Assembly (NCBI GenBank): GCA_946498265.1
Contig: CAMMNR010000002.1
Span: 1 to 33,703 of the forward strand
Origin: an uncultured Clostridium sp.
Lineage (GTDB): Bacteria > Bacillota > Clostridia > TANB77 > CAG-508
Reading direction: 5' to 3'
DNA: 33,703 bases
The notes beneath the pieces are model-generated. The model was not told the DNA's origin. It ran no database searches and saw nothing but the letters and a program-made list of their open reading frames with translations. This document shows, one piece after another, positions 17,901 to 24,610 of this stretch. The translations under genes and the position numbers were made by a program. Every line of letters starts with the position of its first letter. The stretch's first letter is position 1.

Positions 17901-19804
17901 TTTTTGTTTACTGTTATATCAGCATTTATTATTATTGTTGCTCCTTCTATTGATTGTTCCTTATATTGTGTTTGTTTTCCTGCTAATGTTATTGTTAAAA
18001 TTCTTCCATTTACTACATAATTTTGTATTGTTAATTCATTTTCATAAACTAAATCAATACTATTTATTTTTACCCCTTCTACTTCCTCTGGTAAAACTAT
18101 ATTTATCATTGGATTCTCAAATAAATTATATTCTTCACTATTTGTACTTAAAATAGCTCTCATTTCAACATTATTTTCAACTACTGTAGATAAAGTATCT
18201 TTATTAACTTCTAATTTTGCAACTGTTTTTGTTTCATTTAAGGCTATTTCTGATTTAGCTTCTGTTTGTATACCTAGTGAATATTTTTCAGTATCTGTTA
18301 CATTCATGTTATAACTTGCTACTGCTGTTGTTTGTATTTTATTAACACTTCTAAGTACATCCACATCATTTTGTTTTATTGTTTTTTGATTATTAAAATC
18401 TATTTTTCCTTCCTTTATAGGTGTTGATGTTCTTATTTCTATATTTTTTGCTTCTACATTTGAGTATTCGATATTAATGTTTCCGTTTTCATCAGGTGTT
18501 GAATTTACATCTGCTCTTCCAATCATTTGTCCATCTTGATTTATTATCTCTATAACTCCGTTTTGTCCAAAAATTTCATCAAATCTTTGTTTACTAAATG
18601 ATGTTCTTGTATCTATGATATTTGCATCAAGTAAAGTATTTTCATTTGCTATAAAGTTATTTTGCTCTTTTATACTTATATATTCTGCTGTATTAGCTAA
18701 ATTTACTACTAATTTAGTAGTAGAGTTATAACTTCTATCTATACCAGAATATAATTTTCCTTTAAACATTTGTTGTTCACTATTTTGTGTTTCTATTGAT
18801 ATTGTTGTATCTTTTTCTTCATTATTTAGAGTTATTTTTGTATCATTTGCTTGAATTTCTTTATCATTATATAATGTCACATTTTCTTGTGATGTTATTT
18901 CTATATTTTCTAAATTTACATCTTTTTCATATATATATGTTAATATAATATTTTCATTTCCAGATTTTTTCCATACTATTTTATTATCTTGTGTTAATTC
19001 ATTTGAAAGTTGAAATTCTATGTATCCATCTTCATTTTTATATTCATATGATGTCATATTGTTTAAATTAACAACTTGTACAACTTCTGGTTGTTGTTCA
19101 TTTATTTCTGGAATATTAATTTTTGAATTTATGTTTTTTATTGGATAATTATTTTCTTTTAATCCTAAATTTACTGAAAATTGGATTATTCTTTTTTCTT
19201 CTCCATTTATTTTCATTACTTTGTTTGTAATTATATTTATGCTATTTTCAACATTTTCTGGTGTATTTGCTTCAATTAGTTTTAAATTTACTTCTCTACT
19301 TGAATTTATAGTTATATCCCTTTCAGTACTATCTTTATAATCACCAGTCAATATTATTTCGCTACTCATGTCTAATAAACCTGCATCTATTTGATCTTCC
19401 AGTACAGGTTTTATTTTAACATCAATTTCAGCATTTGTTCCTGCATTTAGTTGATTTAAATATATTGTATTTCCTTCTATTCTGTTTACATATTGATTTT
19501 CTGTACCAACAATTGTAAAATTAGTATTTGCGATTTCTACTTGCCCATTAAAGTATCCATCTTTTTTTACATTTACATTTAGGTACAATGTCTGTTCTTG
19601 TTCTTCTGACGTAATTTCTAAGGAACTTGTGTTTTTTCCTTCTTTATCTTTAAAGTATGTATTAAATTCTACATTAGCATGATTTGTAGATAAAATATCT
19701 GCAGCATAACTTACTAGACTTGAACCAACAAAAATAAAATTGGCAATTGTCATTGTTAGTATTAACGCTATAATAATGCTAATTTTTAGAAATTTCTTTT
19801 TCAT
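14930..19804 (-). CDS. Giant surface protein A1 (~1624 aa): signal peptide, DUF11/Ig-like repeat array, acidic N/D-rich linker, SdrD-B-like domain, C-terminal SIRTG + TM helix + basic tail.
   Basis: ORF runs 14930-19828. Preferred start is ATG at 19804 (MKKKFLKISIII...), preceded by aaaggagga. DUF11-like GEVIKYHVEISNTGSEEVQNAIVTGQIPQGT, GDIIEYTIILKNNSDSRAEGISFTDTIPEQL, TTVIIEYKINVTNVGEIDGYARKIADYMPNSL. SdrD-B-like ISGLAWYDENTNGIVDNNES...GMYVLNNISNGQYVVIFDY. Confidence 0.88.
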   Translation of the reverse strand: MKKKFLKISIIIALILTMTIANFIFVGSSLVSYAADILSTNHANVEFNTYFKDKEGKNTSSLEITSEEQEQTLYLNVNVKKDGYFNGQVEIANTNFTIVGTENQYVNRIEGNTIYLNQLNAGTNAEIDVKIKPVLEDQIDAGLLDMSSEIILTGDYKDSTERDITINSSREVNLKLIEANTPENVENSINIITNKVMKINGEEKRIIQFSVNLGLKENNYPIKNINSKINIPEINEQQPEVVQVVNLNNMTSYEYKNEDGYIEFQLSNELTQDNKIVWKKSGNENIILTYIYEKDVNLENIEITSQENVTLYNDKEIQANDTKITLNNEEKDTTISIETQNSEQQMFKGKLYSGIDRSYNSTTKLVVNLANTAEYISIKEQNNFIANENTLLDANIIDTRTSFSKQRFDEIFGQNGVIEIINQDGQMIGRADVNSTPDENGNINIEYSNVEAKNIEIRTSTPIKEGKIDFNNQKTIKQNDVDVLRSVNKIQTTAVASYNMNVTDTEKYSLGIQTEAKSEIALNETKTVAKLEVNKDTLSTVVENNVEMRAILSTNSEEYNLFENPMINIVLPEEVEGVKINSIDLVYENELTIQNYVVNGRILTITLAGKQTQYKEQSIEGATIIINADITVNKKSATSTKQITMEYTNREEVGTTSKDIQIVAPTDVTAINSIKDLGIETVGQEEKQTISMDKGQDAKRLEVQLEIINNNQEPISNMKVLGTFPTDSESNNLGAKLATTINMENATIYYSENENATEDLQNAENVWTQNATQNSKKYLIQYDNLESGQSVIGTYNIEVPENLEYNQKASEGYEVSYTNAVTNISNTIKSTNIEMDTGVGPKIETVLSATVGNQNLTSDMKVKNGEVIKYHVEISNTGSEEVQNAIVTGQIPQGTTLVEPEPNYEYTGSSYYKEIEAEKFEKTIEKIAVGEKAIVEYEVRVNSDTAENTTLTNMIETKYGEAINESNEIQTTTESGNLRVSVKKVTDRNINIYANGAVKYYAIIENISNEAQENVKIQTNKSDNLQVENLTLYTGMESQQVLNEEINVEDNNQPVSQQNEIQKEDSIGNNMTAEDLQYANEVNVGTLNAGETKVLGYSMLVSKTENEKAEFSVVAKDNSKEYKSNVWEDNINNYDISMTMTSNTESSYVKAGDIIEYTIILKNNSDSRAEGISFTDTIPEQLTINNITVDGEAVEGIEDNNVEIILSIMEKGQCEVKIETVVDESDGRNEAETIVNKASASMFGEVIAETDSISHIIETTSNEDNNQDEDDNNNSNNNGDITDGTRMISGLAWYDENTNGIVDNNESTLNNVKVRLLNTQTNNLVKDESGNVLEVTTDDNGMYVLNNISNGQYVVIFDYNATQYTVTKYKVEGADESKNSDAMLTELNIAGNTEQVTGTDIITIDNNNISDINIGLIELKTFDLKLEKYVSKIILQNSAGTTVKEFNNEKLAKVEIDAKQLAGTTVIIEYKINVTNVGEIDGYARKIADYMPNSLQFSSELNKDWYQQNGVLYNTSIANDKIAAGETKTLTLTLTKAMNENNTGLVNNTAEIAEAYNELGLGDINSTPANKVQGENDMDYADVILSIRTGGIVYVGITIIVVAILVIVAIVLVRKKNDIKIDEI
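15035..15049 (-). other. Candidate sorting motif SIRTG of A1, followed by a TM helix and RKKNDIKIDEI.
   Basis: Same nucleotide 15-mer as in A2. The surrounding block acctgttctaatacttaaRataacatctgc is 33/34 identical between A1 and A2. Confidence 0.45.
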
Positions 19805-20022
19805 TTTTATTCCTCCTTTAAAAAACACTTAAAATTAATATTTCCTTTATATAATATAAATTTTTTGTAAAAAAATCAATTATTAATATTAATGTATTTT
19901 TTTATCTTTTTCTAACGTTTTACGGCTTTACACTTTGCGTGTTTGAGTGTTTTATATTACATTTTCATGACATTTTTGTAAAAATTTGTAATATTATTTA
20001 TTTGCATAAAGCACCTATTTAT

Positions 20023-20051
20023 ATTATACCGCTTTTTTATTGATTTTTCAA
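20023..20051 (-). promoter_or_regulatory. Strong sigma-A consensus promoter (TTGAAA-17 nt-TATAAT on the minus strand) ~220 nt upstream of A1.
   Basis: Minus strand reads ttgaaa aatcaataaaaaagcgg tataat. -35 = 20051..20046 and -10 = 20028..20023. This implies a ~210-nt leader before the A1 start at 19804. Confidence 0.5.
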
Positions 20052-20184
20052 TGCTTTTTTGCAAAATAAAACATTTATGTTAATTTTTTATAATTAATAT
20101 GAATTGTAACATAAAAATTTATAAAGAATATTATATTACATAGTTTTAAAAGTTTTGAATATATATTTTTTAGAGGTGATATTT

Positions 20185-20667
20185 TTGGATAACTTTAATA
20201 TTGATGAGAATTCTATTAATAAATTAAAAGATATGATGAACAAAGGTGAACTTTCTGATATTATTTCACAAATTCCACCTGAAATGTTTCAAAATTTTTC
20301 TAATATGATGTCCTCTAGCAACACAAATGAAGTCAGCAATAGTACTAATAATGGAGATACTATTAATTCAAATAATAATATTACTAATAATTCTAATACT
20401 TCTACAAATAATACTTCTAATAAAGAAAACAATAATTTTGATTTTTCTAAAATAGACATGAACACTGTTATGAAAATGACATCAGTAATTAATAAAATGA
20501 ATTCTACAAATGATCCTAGAACTAATCTTTTAAATTCTTTAAAGCCATATTTGCGTGAAGAGAGAAAGGGTAAGTTAGACCAATATGCAAATTTTATGAA
20601 TGTCGCTAAACTAGCTGAATTATTTAATTCAGAAAATCAATCTAAGGAGAAAAAATCAGATGATTAG
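20185..20667 (+). CDS. Hypothetical protein with an N/S/T-rich low-complexity centre and a helical-looking C-terminal segment (…NDPRTNLLNSLKPYLREERKGKLDQYANFMNVAKLAELF).
   Basis: ORF runs 20155-20667. The start is uncertain. TTG at 20185 sits 5 nt after agaggtga, and in-frame ATGs follow downstream. Its stop overlaps the start of the next ORF (ATGATTAG). Confidence 0.55.
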   Translation: MDNFNIDENSINKLKDMMNKGELSDIISQIPPEMFQNFSNMMSSSNTNEVSNSTNNGDTINSNNNITNNSNTSTNNTSNKENNNFDFSKIDMNTVMKMTSVINKMNSTNDPRTNLLNSLKPYLREERKGKLDQYANFMNVAKLAELFNSENQSKEKKSDD

Positions 20668-21031
20668 CTTTCCATTTTTTAGATTTCCTTATTCAAATTA
20701 TAGATATTATAATAACTATAACCCTTACTATAATAAAAATGATGCTCTATTAGTAAATAATTCCAATGAAGATAATAGTGAAAATAGGAATACAGAAAAT
20801 AAATATACAAAAAACCAGTATAAAAAAAAATCATCTAAGTATAATTCTTTTGGACCTATAAATCTTAATTTTTCTAGCTTTAATAATATTGAAGAACCTT
20901 TACTAGAAATACTAGGTATTAAATTATATTTAGATGATATTATTATACTTGGCTTATTATTTTTTCTTTATAATGAAGGAGTTAAAGATGATATTTTGTT
21001 TATTACACTAATTTTATTACTATTAAGTTAG
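20660..21031 (+). CDS. Hypothetical small protein: Y/N-rich N-terminus and hydrophobic C-terminus (LGIKLYLDDIIILGLLFFLYNEGVKDDILFITLILLLLS).
   Basis: ORF starts at an ATG that overlaps the upstream stop (translational coupling), 13 nt after aaggaga. A C-terminal membrane helix is likely. Confidence 0.55.
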   Translation: MISFPFFRFPYSNYRYYNNYNPYYNKNDALLVNNSNEDNSENRNTENKYTKNQYKKKSSKYNSFGPINLNFSSFNNIEEPLLEILGIKLYLDDIIILGLLFFLYNEGVKDDILFITLILLLLS

Positions 21032-21105
21032 TGTTTAATTTTAGCACTATTAGTAGTGTCACAAAATCTATATTTTATATACTACTATTCTATTAAAATA
21101 ATATT

Positions 21106-21717
21106 TTATTCTACTTCTATTTTATCATCAATTATACTAATATATGCTTGTCTATAAATAGGATCTTCTTCTCTATCAAATTCTTTTACAATATTGGCAA
21201 TTCTAATTTGTACAGTATCTAACATTCCAGCAGCGATGATAGCCTGCTTATTTCCTTTAGCTCCTGCATGTGCCAATCCCCTAAGAGCTCCTAACACAAT
21301 TATATTTTCTGAAGCCATTACTTCTGCCCCTGAATTTACATCTCCTATTATTACTAAACTTCCTTCTGATTCTAATTTTTGTCCTGAACGTAATGAACCT
21401 CTATGAAAGGTAGTTTCTGATATTGTTGTCTTTTTTTCGAATGTCTTTTTTATACTATGTAATCCTAAACTTTTTGGCATATCAAAATCAATTTCTACAT
21501 CTATTTTGCTTTTTATTAATTCTTGAATTTGTGCAATTTCTTTATTCTTTAAAACTTTTCCTACTACTCTTATTGGAGTTTTTTCATCTTTATATAATTT
21601 TTTTAAGTCTGGTAATTTTTTTCTTAGTGCTGATATTAATTCCATTTGTTCTGCATCTTCACTTAACTTAATGATTATCTCATTTCTTTTTAAATTAATA
21701 CTAACACAATTTTTCAT
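21106..21717 (-). CDS. minC: Septum site-determining protein MinC.
   Basis: C-terminal beta-helix signature SLVIIGDVNSGAEVMASENIIVLGALRGLAHAGAKGNKQAIIAAGMLDTVQIRIANI. Preferred start MKNCVSINLK at 21717, preceded by gaagga (ORF extends to 21753). Lies at the end of the mre operon. Confidence 0.85.
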   Translation of the reverse strand: MKNCVSINLKRNEIIIKLSEDAEQMELISALRKKLPDLKKLYKDEKTPIRVVGKVLKNKEIAQIQELIKSKIDVEIDFDMPKSLGLHSIKKTFEKKTTISETTFHRGSLRSGQKLESEGSLVIIGDVNSGAEVMASENIIVLGALRGLAHAGAKGNKQAIIAAGMLDTVQIRIANIVKEFDREEDPIYRQAYISIIDDKIEVE

Positions 21718-21777
21718 TTTTAACATCCTTCTTTCTTTAAAAAAGTATAACATAATGCATTTTTTATCTTATTATAC

Positions 21778-21926
21778 ATTCGAATTATATATATTATATT
21801 TTTAACGGGTTTCGTGGGGACCGACACATTACATATTGTTGATAAATCAATGATGTTCAAGAATTGATTTATTTACAATATGTAAAGTGTTGGGATAGTT
21901 AAAAATATAATATATATAATTCGAAT
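21778..21926. repeat. 149-bp imperfect palindrome (long hairpin) in the PBP2-minC intergenic region.
   Basis: Outer arms 21778-21806 and 21898-21926 are perfectly complementary (29/29). Inner arms 21824-21850 and 21864-21890 match ~23/27. Loop is 13 nt. An asymmetric GC-rich bulge gggtttcgtggggaccg (21807-21823) faces tgggata. Confidence 0.85.
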
Positions 21927-21936
21927 AATAAAATAT

Positions 21937-24048
21937 TTACTGCATAATCTCCACATATGGAACAGCTGACATATCTTCTTCAACATTTTGAGTATTCATT
22001 CCGAAATATTCTTGCATTATATCTCTTACCACTTCCGCTGTATAGTTTCCATGACCACCATTTTCAACCATAACCACTATTGCAATTTCTGGATTATCAA
22101 ATGGTGCAAATCCTACGAACCACGCATGTACTTGGTTGTTTGGTGCCTCTGCTGAACCTGTTTTTCCTCCTACTGATATATTAAAGTCCCTAAATCTAAC
22201 ATATGCTGTACCTGAGCTGTCTTGTGTAACTGATTCCATACCTGCTAAGATTGCATCTAAGTTTTCTTGTTTTATATTTAAGTCTTCTTGTTGTTCTTCA
22301 TTAATTCCTAATTTTTGATTTACAAATGAATTAATTTCTTCTTTTGATGCTTCTGTTCCATCTGCTTTTCTAATTGTTTTTACTATACTAACATCTATTT
22401 GGTGTCCCCCATTTGCTAATATACTTATATATTTTGCCATTTGTAGAGGACTAAATTCGTTATCAAGCTGTCCTATTGCTGATTGTAATGTATCACCAGG
22501 TCCCCAAGTTGGTTCATCTGGATGCAATTTTTCTTTTGATGCTTTACTTGATACTATTCCAGATGTTTCTGATGGTAATTCTATTCCTGTTTTATTTCCT
22601 AGTCCAAAATATCTTGCATATTTTTCTAATGTATCGATTCCCATTCTATCTGCAGTTTCATAGAAGAAATAATTACATGATCTTTCAATTGCCTGTGATA
22701 CATTTAACCATCCATGTCCTGTTCCATAATCAGAATAGTACCAACATTTTGGTTGATAGTCTCTATATTTTCTATATACACCTGTATCATTAATTCTTGT
22801 ATTTAAGTCTATTACTCCTGATTCTAATCCTGCAATTGCTGTTATCATTTTAAATGTTGATCCTGGAGAATATGAATTTTGAATTGCTTTATTTACTAAT
22901 GGTTTTGCTTCATTGTTTGTATAATTATTCCAATTTTCTGTGCTTATTCCTCCAACAAAATCTGCTGGATTATAGTTTGGATAACTTGCCATTGCTAAAA
23001 CTTCACCTGTGTTTACATCCATTACAACACAAGCACCTGCTTTTGCATCAAATCTCTGTCCAAAACCTCCACTTGCTATTTTATTTATATTTGCTTCTAA
23101 TGCACTTTCAGTTATTTTTTGTAAGTTAGCATCTATTGTTAATACAACATCTCCTCCAGCTACAGCTTCTTCAGCTGTATATTCTGCTGTTGTTGTTCCA
23201 TCTACTGCCATGTCTATTTGCTTTGTTCCATTTTTTCCTTTTAGATATTCTTCAAAAACATATTCTATTCCTGTTTTTCCTATTATATCATTCATTCCAT
23301 ATGTATCTTTTCTTGACTCATATTCTTCACTTGTTATTTGACTTGCATAACCTAATATATGTGAAGCTAGACTGCCTGATGTATATTCCCTTACTGGTTT
23401 TACTACAATATTTATACCTGCATATTTATCTGAACTTTCACTAAATTCTGCTACTGCTTCTGCTGGTATATTATCTGATATTTCTACAGATTTTGTACTA
23501 CTATACCCATTTACTGTTATTTCATATCTAATTACCATTACTTTTCTTGCATCTTGAACATTATCAAATTGAATTTCGTATCTATCCTTCAATTTGTAAA
23601 ATGCTTCTTCTGCTGTAATGTTTTCATCGAAGTTATTATCTTCCTTCCAAGAGCTAAGACTTTCATCTGATATTGTAAATTCAAATGGTTCTACTTTTAT
23701 TGGTAATGTATCATCATAAGAACAACCATATTTTTCTAAAGTTTGTACCATATTTAATATCGCTTGATTTAAGTCTGCATCTTCTACTTTTGTTTTATAC
23801 ATTTCCAATGAGTATTGTATTTTAGAAGTTACTAACTCCACACCAGTTCTATCAACTATTGACCCTCTAGCGGCTTCTAATGTACTTTCTCGTGTAAGTC
23901 TTGTATTTGATTGTTCTCTATATTCTGCTCCATGTACTATTTGAAGACTAAATAGTCTAATTATCAATACTATTCCTACAATATATACTAATACAGTTAA
24001 TATGTTAAATCTTAAATTAATATTTAGCTTACCTTTTCTTTTTACCAA
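21937..24048 (-). CDS. mrdA: Penicillin-binding protein 2 (class B transpeptidase of the elongasome).
   Basis: N-terminal TM anchor. SxxK = STFK, SxN = SCN, KTG = KTGSAE. TTG start 5 nt after agaggtg. Located directly after mreD. Confidence 0.9.
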   Translation of the reverse strand: MVKRKGKLNINLRFNILTVLVYIVGIVLIIRLFSLQIVHGAEYREQSNTRLTRESTLEAARGSIVDRTGVELVTSKIQYSLEMYKTKVEDADLNQAILNMVQTLEKYGCSYDDTLPIKVEPFEFTISDESLSSWKEDNNFDENITAEEAFYKLKDRYEIQFDNVQDARKVMVIRYEITVNGYSSTKSVEISDNIPAEAVAEFSESSDKYAGINIVVKPVREYTSGSLASHILGYASQITSEEYESRKDTYGMNDIIGKTGIEYVFEEYLKGKNGTKQIDMAVDGTTTAEYTAEEAVAGGDVVLTIDANLQKITESALEANINKIASGGFGQRFDAKAGACVVMDVNTGEVLAMASYPNYNPADFVGGISTENWNNYTNNEAKPLVNKAIQNSYSPGSTFKMITAIAGLESGVIDLNTRINDTGVYRKYRDYQPKCWYYSDYGTGHGWLNVSQAIERSCNYFFYETADRMGIDTLEKYARYFGLGNKTGIELPSETSGIVSSKASKEKLHPDEPTWGPGDTLQSAIGQLDNEFSPLQMAKYISILANGGHQIDVSIVKTIRKADGTEASKEEINSFVNQKLGINEEQQEDLNIKQENLDAILAGMESVTQDSSGTAYVRFRDFNISVGGKTGSAEAPNNQVHAWFVGFAPFDNPEIAIVVMVENGGHGNYTAEVVRDIMQEYFGMNTQNVEEDMSAVPYVEIMQ

Positions 24049-24062
24049 TATTACACCTCTTT

Positions 24063-24596
24063 TTAAAAATATCTTGTTAATATTTTATTTCCTTTATACT
24101 CATTTTCTATATAATATCCAGCTTTCTGAATTAATGGGTAAATTATAATTGTTAAAATTAAATTATATATAACTTCTATTGCTAAAATTTTTATAAAGTT
24201 CATTATTTCGATACTATTTGATAATAATACATAATTTAAAAGATATCTAATAACTTCAAAAATTATTGTTGATGCTAATACCATTACCATAATAGTTATT
24301 CTGCTATCTTTTGAAAAATTTTTATCAAATAATCCTGCCAAAAATCCGATTACTCCTAATCCTACAGCATATACACCTACTTTATTTCCTATTACTAAAT
24401 CTAGTATAAGTCCTATAACAATTCCATATATTGTACCCATTGTTTTATTAGCAAATAATCCTATAAAAAGTACAAATACTACAAATAAGTTTGGCATTAT
24501 TCCAGATATAGTAAACCAATTAAAAAAATTAGATTGCAAATAATATATTATAAATACTGTTAGTATTAAAACTATATTTATTATTGTTTTTTTCAA
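24063..24596 (-). CDS. mreD: Rod shape-determining protein MreD.
   Basis: 177-aa polytopic membrane protein directly downstream of mreC. TTG start preceded by aagaggtga. Confidence 0.8.
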   Translation of the reverse strand: MKKTIINIVLILTVFIIYYLQSNFFNWFTISGIMPNLFVVFVLFIGLFANKTMGTIYGIVIGLILDLVIGNKVGVYAVGLGVIGFLAGLFDKNFSKDSRITIMVMVLASTIIFEVIRYLLNYVLLSNSIEIMNFIKILAIEVIYNLILTIIIYPLIQKAGYYIENEYKGNKILTRYF

Positions 24597-24610
24597 TCAG
24601 TTCACCTCTT

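Noticed and set aside
1723-19828. Dozens of 60-115-aa plus-strand ORFs in the track nested inside the four giant minus-strand genes (e.g. 1723-1953, 8382-8696, 9987-10319, 15387-15731, 17673-18020).
   Set aside because: All are antisense to long, well-supported genes. Their translations are low-complexity and rich in L, F, S and I, as expected from reading the complement of AT-rich N/E/K/T-rich coding sequence. I saw no convincing SD sequences and no recognisable motifs.
19927-19950. ACGCAAAG in the A1 leader (sense: cacgcaaagtgtaaagccg), reminiscent of the conserved ACGCAAAGC junction of c-di-GMP-I (GEMM-I) riboswitches. In C. difficile such riboswitches control sortase-anchored adhesins.
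   Set aside because: The other hallmark elements (GGCAAACC, GNRA tetraloop and receptor, AGCCGGG) are not present. The stretch simply forms a small acact/agtgt hairpin. The paralogous A2 leader lacks it. An Infernal search with RF01051 and the class II model would settle it.
19859-20070. Possible inverted repeats (ttttgtaaaaaaatcaat vs attgatttttcaatgcttttttgcaaaa) flanking ~165 bp that include the A1 promoter, suggesting an invertible phase-variation switch.
   Set aside because: The repeats are short (10-12 nt blocks), interrupted by a 9-nt insertion, and made of A/T homopolymer-like sequence common in this genome. No recombinase gene is nearby, and no equivalent repeats occur upstream of A2. 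Long-read data showing both orientations would revive the idea.
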